Shown: positions 54,404 to 64,000 of the stretch, piece after piece
How the letters are laid out: every line of letters begins with the position of its first letter
Numbering within the stretch: the stretch's first letter is position 1
Assembly: GCA_951406725.2 (NCBI GenBank)
Contig: OX597819.1
Location: forward strand, 67,952,001 to 68,016,000
Direction: 5' to 3'
From: Octopus vulgaris
Lineage: Eukaryota
DNA length: 64,000 nucleotides
Notes under the pieces: model-generated
Seen by the model: only the letters and a program-made list of their open reading frames with translations
The model's database searches: none
Told to the model about the DNA's origin: nothing
Position numbers and translations under genes: made by a program

Positions 54404-54633
54404 TATTTCTTTATTACCCACAAGGGGCTAAACACAGAGGGGACAAACAAGGACAGACATAGGTATTAAGTCGATTACATCGACCCCAGTGCGTAACTGG
54501 TACTTAATTTATCGACCCCGAAAGGATGAAAGGCAAAGTCGACCTCGGCGGAATTTGAACTCACAACGTAACGCAGACGAAATACCACTAAGCATTTCGC
54601 CCGGCGTGCTAACGTTTCTGCCAGCTCGCCGCC
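54404..54633 (-). mobile_element. SINE family S2, young full-length copy with 9-bp TSD
   Basis: TSD TAGAATACC at 54395-54403 and 54634-54642. Confidence 0.9.
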
Positions 54634-54687
54634 TAGAATACCGACTCACTCAACGACTGTAATTTTGTTTAGAATATGTTGTTCTCT

Positions 54688-54745
<58 letters not shown>

Positions 54746-54757
54746 TGTCTGTGTGTA

Positions 54758-54975
54758 TCAGCAGAAACATCACAAAAACTATTACACTCAAAGTTTCACG
54801 TTCCCGTTCGTCGCACAGTGTTGTTTAGATTGTAAACAGAACTGTCCGACGAATGGGAACATGAAACTCTGAGTAAAAGTTTCTGTGTCATTTCTGCTGC
54901 TTTTTAATAAAGTATATTACTCTAACTCTGGTATTCGACTACTATTTTTTCCACCGTGTTTTGCATTTATGTGAT
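54758..54975. mobile_element. Fold-back Penelope-like end with U4C hammerheads in both arms
   Basis: Arms about 54758-54830 and 54832-54902; same family at 60180-60338. Confidence 0.65.
54841..54880 (+). ncRNA. Minimal hammerhead with CCGACGA core
   Basis: ACTGT CCGACGA ATG GGAA CAT GAA ACTC T GAGT A AAAGT. Confidence 0.6.
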
Positions 54976-55008
54976 TACTCTGCTCTCTCTCTCTCTCTCT
55001 CTCTCTCC

Positions 55009-55064
<56 letters not shown>

Positions 55065-56374
55065 TTGTGTGTGTGTGTGGGTCTATGTATGTGTCCCATC
55101 ACCGCTTCACAATTGGTGTTGGTTTGTTTCCGTCCCCGTAGCCTAGCGGTTCGACAAACGCGTCGTATAGAATATCAGGCTTAAAGAATCAGTAATTGCG
55201 TCGATTCTTTCTACTAAAAGTTGTTCAAGGCGGTCATCCAGCATGGCTGCAGTCTAATGTCTGAAAGGATGAAAGAAAAAGATGTTATACACACACACAT
55301 ACACAAACAAAAAACAAACATACACACATACAAGGAAACACACACATACACCTCTTCTCTCCAGATAAACTGGTCAGTCACGATCCCAGTAGCATTTCAC
55401 TTCCGGAAATTCTTTATTCCATGACATCAACCCTCTATATTTCGAGTCCAGGCATTTGTTGGCCTTTACCTGAAGCGAAAATAACTGAAACCAATCTGTA
55501 TGTTGTTTGACATGTAATTAAATTTATGTTGTTCGACATAACTTTAGCAATAACCCTGACCGCTTTAATTCGTCTTCCATAGGTTCATTGCCCGTCTGCA
55601 TATATGTATGCGTTAAAAATGCGTGCTTGTGTAAATATATCTTTGCGTTTGTCACATGGAAGTGAATGAGTATTTTTCCGAATAAAGTTGCATTTCTATG
55701 AGTCACCTGTTCGACAGCAAACATCAGTGAATTTAAAAGAAATGGTCAGAAAGAGTTAAACTGTGTTGGTTTCGACTTCAGTAAAACCAGTTTTTGTTGT
55801 TAATTACAGTTTAACATGCTTCTAATTTTCAGATCATGAGACTGAATTAAATAATGTGTCTGAAAGCTAAATGAGTCCATTCCTTTCGATTAAGAAAGAT
55901 TCTAGTAGGATGGAGAATAATAGGAAGTGATTCTATAAGACAATTCTCACAGGAAATCTATCAATACGTATGTGTGGGTGTTAAGTATGTCTGCTTTTTA
56001 CCGTGTAATGTTGCAGCTTATTATTTCAGCTTTTGATATTCAGATTCAACTTAAAAGTGAATATTGCGTGTTAGACGATCTGCTATACAAGTTCAAGTTA
56101 CGTGTAAGTAAATGGCCTGCTTCTTATTGTCAACCTCTTATTAGTGGTGATATCAGATTACCGATGAGTTTGGCTAATCGTTGATGCAGTTTGAGTGTGT
56201 GTGTGCGTGTCTGCGTATGTGCGCGTGTGTGTGTGTGTGTGTGTGTGCGTGTGTGTGTGTGTATGTGTGTGTGTAATTGCTTAAGAAGTTCGCTCCGTAA
56301 TCATGTAGTTTCATGTTCAATCCCGTTCTGTGACATCTTAGACACGAATTTTCTATTATAGACATGAGAACGAA

Positions 56375-56580
56375 TCCAGGTAAAGATAAAGTCATAGGTA
56401 AAAATGTCACAGGAAAAAAGTCACAGGGGTTTTGTCCGGGGTTAGGTTTGTCCCGGGTTTTTTTCCCTAGGGTGGACGGTTTGTCCGGATCCCATAAATT
56501 AATTGTGATTTTGTTTACCTGTGACATATTTTCCCAGCTAAAATTGTGGCTTTTTTACTGTGATTTTATTACCGGTCACC
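56375..56580. mobile_element. MITE-like fold-back with roughly 14-bp subterminal repeats
   Basis: (AAAAGTCACAGG)-like x3 versus (CTGTGATTTT)-like x4. Confidence 0.55.
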
Positions 56581-57399
56581 CTCAGAACAAACTCAGTAAA
56601 CACAAAGCGAATGTGTGTAGATAAACTCAATCACTTACACACTTACACACACAGACATACACAAACACACACACACACACAAACACTCGCACGCATACAC
56701 ATACTTACGCGCACGCGCACGCACACACTCATACATAATGCATACCCGTGACTTAGTTTCTTCATTTGTCCTTCTAACACATGCCTGACGACAGGTGTTG
56801 GTTCATTTCATCTTAATAACTTAGCGATTCGAATTTTAAAACACAATAAAACGAAATAAGTACTGGATAGAATAGAATGAAAAACAAAACTTAGTACTCA
56901 TGTCGATGTCTTCAAGTGACACTACGAAGTGCTGCTCCAGAATTGCCGTAATTCAGTAACTAAATGCAGTGTTTATATACCGGTTAACGCAGGGCAAGAG
57001 TATTAGCGGCATTTCGTCTGACTTTACGTTTTGAGTTTGTGTGTCGCCGAGGGTGATTTTACCTTTCATTTTCACTTTATTTGGGGCGGGCGATGAAATA
57101 GGTACCAGATCAGTACTGAGGTCGATGTAATAAACTTATCCCCACACTTGGAATTGCTGGACTCATGTCAAAATTTGAAATTAGTATTTGTAAAAGAATT
57201 GAAGCCAGGAAAAATACTTCGCGATATTTCGTTCGTCTTTACATTCTGATTTCAAATGCCGTGAACAACGACCTTACGTTTCATGTAACGAGGTCAATAA
57301 ATTGATGACCAGTGATGCACTGGGGTATATGCAAGTGACTTACCCATGCCTCTCAAAATGATAGTTTTGTGTCAAAATTTAAAATCAGTATTTGTAGCC

Positions 57400-57716
57400 G
57401 CAGGTTCCGGGTTCAGTCCCACTGCGAGGAACCTTGGGCCACTGTCTTTTGCTATCGCCTCAGACCGACCAAGGCTTTGCGAGTGGATTTGTGAGCCTTG
57501 TGAGTAAACGTCGTGTGTGTGTGTGTGTGTGATTTGTGTTTGTGTTTGTCCCGTCCCCACTATTGCTTGACAACCTGTTAGTGCGCTTACGGCAAAACAC
57601 ACAGATACAATAAGTACTAGACTTACAAAGAATAAGTGCTGTGGTCGATTTGTTCGATTAAAGGCGGTGCTCCAGCATGGCAGCATTCAAATGATTGAAA
57701 CAAATAAAAGAATAAA
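57400..57716 (+). mobile_element. SINE family S1
   Basis: GGTTCCGGGTTCAGTCCCACTGCG...AAGGCGGTGCTCCAGCATGG. Confidence 0.75.
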
Positions 57717-57729
57717 GGAGGAAAAATGA

Positions 57730-58630
57730 CCGTTATTTACATTTGACGGATATTTGTCCTCATCTTGTTTCTTGTTGACACAACGTTTCAGCTGATATAC
57801 CCTCCAGCCTTCATGAGGTGTCTTGGAGAAATTTCGAACCTAAGTTCTCATTCCTAAGGTATTTTTCGATGTTATTATTATATCGAACTCGGAATCTTGG
57901 GGTTAGTAGCCACTATGCCATATGCCCATGGGCAATTATGGATTGAATTTTAGGGCTTATAGATCTAATATCTTCCTATCCTTCCGTAATACCGGTTCCC
58001 ATATGTTATTCATATCTGCATTTGGTCTGCTTAGGAGTTTGTTGTGTCCTAGCATCTGTACTGCTTCTGTCAGCTTTCGTATTTTCCAGTGGTGTTCTCT
58101 GTCTATTATTTAACTTCACCCTACAAGGGGGAAGTGGTCTCCATTTTTCCATACATGATCATTTACACCCTATTTATCAATATTTCCTCGTGTCACAGCT
58201 TTGCGATTTTCCTCTACCGTTATTTTGGGGGAGCGGCATGTTTCGCCTTTATATAACCTACCACAGCTGCATGGGATGGAGTACACGCGGTTTTTAGTCA
58301 TATTCTCTACTATTGGTGATTTCACTGGAAACAGATATTCGCGAAGTGTTGTATTACTCTTGAATACTGTCCTGATGTTATATGGGCCGCATATCTTCGT
58401 TTGTTGTTTGGGAATAACGAATTTCTTTGCATACAACAGGTAATTCTTAGTGTCCTATTCTAATAAACATTGAACCTGTTGAAAGAGTTTCATAGAAGGA
58501 CAATATGTTTATTATGTGGCTGAGGTTGAAGATTGTGGCAATATCTTACGTGGCGTTCACTGATTGGTCACATGAGGTGCGGATGTAGGATGAAATGTAA
58601 TTTCATTTCATAAAGCGATCGCAAGATTTT
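57730..58630 (-). mobile_element. Penelope-like element 3' part: GIY-YIG endonuclease remnant plus terminal repeat with a mutated hammerhead (57777-57822)
   Basis: VYSIPCSCGRLYKGETCRSPKITVEENRKA; GACAC CTCATGA A GGCTG..CAGCT GAAACGTT GTGTC. Confidence 0.85.
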
Positions 58631-58854
58631 CTTAATAGAAGTGTTACACATCAACGTTGGTTATTATTAAAACTTCGCTTTGTCTGTCACCATTAGGGTG
58701 AAAGTGATTAATCACGTGTTCTGTTGTAGCACGCAAGCAAGCGCACACACACATACACACATATACACACATATATACACACACATAAACACATACAGCC
58801 ACACAAACACACACATATATGAACACAATATATATATATATATATATATATATT

Positions 58855-59020
58855 GGCGCAGGAGTGGGTGTGTGGTAAGTAGCTTGCTTACCAACCACAT
58901 GCTTCTGGTTTCAGTCCCACTGCGTGGAACCTTGGGCAAGTGTCTTCTACTATAGCTTCGGGCCGACCAAAGCCTTGTGAGTAGAATTGGTAGACGGAAA
59001 CTGAAAGAAACCTGTCGTAT
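58855..59020 (+). mobile_element. SINE family S1, 5' half
   Basis: GGCGCAGGAGTGG.TGTGTGGTAAG...GGGCAAGTGTCTTCTACTATAGC. Confidence 0.8.
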
Positions 59021-59031
59021 ATATGTATGTA

Positions 59032-59087
<56 letters not shown>

Positions 59088-59554
59088 GTTTTGGTATCCA
59101 GAAGACCCAGTGTGTCTATATATAAGTGTGTCTATATATATAGGGAGAGTCCACGAAAAAAAGACAAAAGACAAAGACAGGTGGTGTAGAAAAGAAACAG
59201 CTGTATTAGTATAACGCTCAGGAATTGAAAAAGTCTTTTACGTTTCAAGCCTATCGAAAGGGACACAGAAAAAACAAGGAGAGAAAAGAATGTGTATAGT
59301 GGCTAACAATCTATCATGGCGACTGCCGGACAGAAGGATCACACAGGAGAGCGAAGAAGTAGGGGAGATAACAAAGTAAAGATGACCCCCTAAACGAAGG
59401 TGCCTGTGTATATAAGAGAGTACGTATGTGCGTGTGAAATAGGTCTGTTGGTCTTGGCGTGTGCATGTGTGTATGTGTATGTGTGAAAATGTGGGTTGGG
59501 AATTGGTCAGTGCTGGTGTGTGTGTGGTGTGTTGTGATATGATGTGTAGTATAG

Positions 59555-59586
<32 letters not shown>

Positions 59587-59587
<1 letters not shown>

Positions 59588-59955
59588 CACTCCGTCGGTT
59601 ACAACGACGAGGGTTCCGGTTGATCCGAATCAACGGAACAGCCTGCTCGTGAAATTAACGTGCAAGTGGCTGAGCACTCCACAGACACGTGTACCCTTAA
59701 CGTAGTTCTCGGGGATATTCAGCGTGACACAGAGAGTGACAAGGCCGGCCCTTTGAAATACAGGTACAACAGAAACAGGAAGTAAGAGTGAGAGAAAGTT
59801 GTGGTGAAAGAGTACAGCAGGGATCACCACCAACCCCTGCCGGAGCCTCGTGGAGCTTTAGGTGTTTTCGCTCAATAAACACTCACAACGCCCGGTCTGG
59901 GAATCGAAACCGCGATCCTATGACCGCGAGTCCGCTGCCCTAACCACTGGGCCAT
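59587..59955 (-). mobile_element. SINE family S3, young copy
   Basis: TGGCCCAGTGGTTAGGGC...GGTTTCGATTCCC; homologous to 47560-47928. Confidence 0.85.
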
Positions 59956-59996
59956 ATACATATTTATATTTATATATATATATATATATACATATT

Positions 59997-60027
<31 letters not shown>

Positions 60028-60028
60028 T

Positions 60029-60070
<42 letters not shown>

Positions 60071-60094
60071 TTATATTTTATATATATATATACA

Positions 60095-60178
<84 letters not shown>

Positions 60179-60242
60179 GGAGTAAATACATAAATGTGAA
60201 ACAAGGTGGAAAAAAGAGTACTCAAATACCAGTGGTAGAGTA

Positions 60243-60338
60243 ATATGCTTTATTTAAAGCAGCAGAAAATACAACAAAACCCGTTACTCTGAGTAACAGG
60301 TTTTGTTGAATTTTCTGCTGCTTTAAATAAAGTATATA
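60243..60338. repeat. Roughly 95-bp near-perfect palindrome of the 54758 family
   Basis: ATATGCTTTATTTAAAGCAGCAGAAAATACAACAAAACCCGTTACTC T GAGTAACAGGTTTTGTTGAATTTTCTGCTGCTTTAAATAAAGTATAT. Confidence 0.85.
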
Positions 60339-61519
60339 TATATAATAAATCTCTGAACGAGGTATAAACAGTAGCTGCACGACAATGCGAAGTATATTTG
60401 CCACTTAAATGTGGCTAAACAGTAAGAAATATTACCGGTCCCTGGCACATTGGAGAAAAACCTGCCAGTACACCATTTCAATGATTCGCGATACGTCTTG
60501 AATTATTGACAGAAGCAGCACCTTCAGTTATTTTGCGATCATTTCGCCTTAAGCCGGACCTAATTTTACCCAACTATTAGCAAGTAATTATTCCCTCCCG
60601 TTTCTCCGATGCCTATGTCTTGCTGAAAATTCATTTTGCCTCCTTTTTGGTGTAACATAATAGCATTGATATCTTCCTGTTCCAAAGTGTCATAGTCTAT
60701 CCCAGATAACATGGTGGCATCTTCCGACCTTCATAGCTCATATAATCTCGGAGACACACATGATCTTTTCTTTCTCTCCTGTTTCAGTATATTTCCATTT
60801 GTAATGTATATTAGATATGGATCCCAAGATTTATGTCCCATATCTGCAATGGCACTCGAAAATCGATTGCCTAGGCTGTTCTTCACAAGACTCTCAATAT
60901 CTCAGCAGAATTTTCTTTATTATGAGAGTTACAGTTATTCATGGTTTTGCAATAGTCGGAGGCCGTAATATTTGTGCTGACGGTGTTGAAAGTGTTGCTG
61001 TGGTTGTTGTTATTGTTGCTGTTATTGTTGCTGTTACAGTTAGTGTAGATTCCAAAGATGTTGAGAATGATATTGGTTCCAGATCTGCTAGTGATGTGCC
61101 TAATTCTATTTACTGGTGTGTACGGCATAGCCATCTTCAACACTATATTCAATATCTCTGCCGTTGGTGAAGGAGTACTTTACACTGATCGTCGAATGTT
61201 GATGCTGATGTTTACGACTACTATGGAAAGGTGAAGTATGTATGTTTTCGCATAAGATTTACAAATGCTTAGAAGAACACTGTTTTCTGGTTCTTTAATG
61301 AACAGAAAGAGCACAGGGAAAATGAAAGAATGACAAAACACCAATTGATAATCGACAAGATGATGGCCTGAAAAACGAACCAGTTTAACAAAGCGGTGGA
61401 TTGATTACAAAAATGCTTGTATGTTCGCTGAATCAAGCATTTTTGAAGACACACGACAAATGCCCCAAATTGCATATCATATTATTGAATTGATACGAGT
61501 AAGATCTGAAAATTGGAAA

Positions 61520-62770
61520 ATGGAACTAACAGCAAGTGGACACTTGCAGAAGTCAAAATAGATGTGAGTAATTTCTAATGTGATAGCTTATAGCTTCTTT
61601 TATTTATCATTCCTCTTATCACACCCTTCCTATAACTGAGATACTTAATCATCTGCTATTTATGGATGACCTAAAGTTATATAGAAGGACTGAAAGAAAT
61701 GGATACCCTTGACGGTACTGTGAGAATATATATCCATGATATGAGAATGGAATATGGTATTTCCAAGAGGAGAATCACTGTGGTGGAGAAAGGTAAGATA
61801 GTAAATCTATTAAACGAGAAGATACGGAAGATTGATACAAATGATGGTTAGAAATGTGTGGAAGTCTTGGATAATATACAGGCTGAAGAATGGAAGACAA
61901 AGTCAGGAGAAAATATATCGAAAGGGTGGATAAGATCTTGAAATCAAATCTTAATGGTATATGTATCATCATTGCTATACACTCAGGAGCTACACCTATC
62001 ATCAAATAGAGCGCTGAAGTAGTCAAATGGACTCAAGAGGTCACTGAGAACGAAGAAAAACCATAATAATATTACTAACGTTATACAGGACGTTACACTC
62101 TCTAGCAGTTATTACCAGCTTGTATGAAACACACCATCTGTTAACATGACAACCACGGTATGCTATTACACGGTTTTTGATAAGCCGCTTGAACAGTACT
62201 TAACATGAAAACTTATATGAAGAACAATTTTCTGACAGAAGATAGGTAGAGCAGGAGATGAACTGTCTCGGAGAATATGCTTCAAACTACAGGAAGAAGC
62301 GATTTTTATCCTGAAATACTGAAATATTAAAAACGGAATTTTAAACTTTGCTACATCTCTGTTGGTTATTTTTGCTAAGCCATAGTTTATTAAGTTTTAT
62401 TCCTCCCTCGCATTACCATAAGGTTTTATCCATTTTCATCTTTTATTTCCTTGGCAAGGACGAAGGAAGAGCTTTGATAAGTGTCACATTATGTATGAAA
62501 TTAAAGGTCGACATTCTAATAAAGTTTATCGCTAACAGTAGTAACGAAGCGGGGGATGTTATTTGAAGGAAGACAAAAGAGAAGTTTTCAGGGATATCAA
62601 TCAATGACACGAACGGTAAAGTTTACATAAAATTTAATGGAGGGTGTCTAGATCAGAAATCATTTCAATAATGACAGAACAGAGTGAGAAAGAAAGAGAC
62701 AAGAGACGATAATCCTAGCGGTGCAAAGCCAGAGCAACACCGGATAGAGCATAGATTAATATGATGTCTA
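61520..62770 (+). mobile_element. Highly degenerate R4/Dong-like RT, interrupted at about 62120-62440
   Basis: NHLLFMDDLKLY, ILKSNLNG, KDEGRALISV, KKET..IILAVQ. Confidence 0.7.
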
Positions 62771-64000
62771 AACGCCAAGCCACATGGTTGTAAAGCGATC
62801 GTCTTAACCATGTAGCCATGCTTTGTCATCTTCCAAGTAATAGGAGGTATTTCTTCTAGTAAAGCTGGATTACCACAACGCAAACTTCAAATTATATTCA
62901 ATGTATTATTTCTATGTTGCATCACCATTGCTGTTCAGTAATTCTAATGATTATAATTGATTTTTATCTCTGACGTTTATTAATTCTTTCTCAATCCAAC
63001 TATAACAGTAATTAGTTTTTGTAAAGCAGTAAAAATCCTCAATCTTGTATTTCTTTAAAATTTTATTTTACGCTCTTGTTTTTTTTTTAACTTTTGCATA
63101 TTAGGAGTCTTAAGACATTTTTGCTAATGAAAGGTGTTAAAGCTTTCATTCAATCGAGATAGAAAAATGAACTTTGTTGAAGATAAACGATGGAAATTAA
63201 AAAAAACAGTGAATACAACCAAACCTTGTTAGATTAAATTCAAAATTGTCAAATAAAAAATATTAACGAAATATCGTTACATTATAACTGCTTAAAATCA
63301 GATATGAAACCGGAAAGACATTATGAGTACAAATAATCTCATTGGATGTTGGATTGGTGGATGCCAAAGCCCTTGGCCACCAAAACCTAATGATACATAT
63401 CTTTTTAAAATAAAAACAATCTTTGTTATTAAAGAAAGTTTTTAAAATAAATAAAATACATATAGCTTCGTTCACCACATAGTCATTCTTCACTAATCTA
63501 GGCTAACACACTACGTTCATTTTTTAAATGTACCTCGTTGCTATTATGCAAAAATGTCGTAGGTGCAAAACGTTGCTTTTTCAGAAAACGAAAAAACGGT
63601 TTCACCATTCCATAACAAAATCGTTATACTACCTTTCACAATTTTTGATATTTTGGCAACTGAAGCAGCTGGAGATACGATAGTTTGAGCAAAAGAAACG
63701 GCTATTGTAAGCAAAAATATTAATTTCTTTTTTAGGCACAAGGCCCGAAATATTGGGGGAGGGGGCCAGTCGATTGGCTCGACCCCAGTACAGCAAAAAT
63801 AAATATTGGAAAGAAGTCTTTGGCCAAATCTGGACATACGATAGGAGTGATCTGTGATAACACAGGTGAGATATTAATCGCAGATTATGCTTCTACAGCT
63901 AAAAAAGCACACGGTTGATCACGCGCAAAACTTAACCACTCAGAACACATTGAATATCGTTTGTGCTTACATCACTGTGTTGTGATTCTGCGTCCTTCCT

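Noticed and set aside
60430-60700. Possible pogo/Tigger transposase relic (KVLLL..)
   Set aside because: Catalytic motifs are not recoverable
60817-61170. ORFs with Asn/Thr-rich segments as a possible host exon
   Set aside because: Driven by a degenerate AAC repeat; no recognisable domain or convincing splice sites

Overview
AT-rich, microsatellite-saturated eukaryotic intergenic or intronic DNA. The repeat families look like coleoid cephalopod, probably Octopus (from recall of the families, not a search). I found no credible host protein-coding exon, and almost all ORFs in the track are microsatellite translations. The window is made of: three tRNA-type SINE families, some as multimers; degenerate non-LTR retrotransposons (R4/Dong-like RT-RLE, CR1-group RT, L1/Tx1 ORF1 and ORF2 ends, RTE); Penelope-like (GIY-YIG) remnants, often as fold-back palindromes; mariner, piggyBac and Helitron derivatives. 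The most interesting signal is structured RNA. There are many minimal hammerhead ribozyme (HHR) motifs with unusual cores (G3-C8, U3-A8, U4C, A6U). Three diverged non-coding repeat subfamilies (12432-12511 and 13267-13346 minus, 44177-44248 plus, 52429-52505 minus) carry a hammerhead whose three core strands are in reversed order (NUH, then GAAA, then CUGAAGA), with four covarying helices. This is a candidate new hammerhead topology on a retrozyme-like 835-bp tandem element. All pairings were read by eye, and catalytic activity and novelty are untested.
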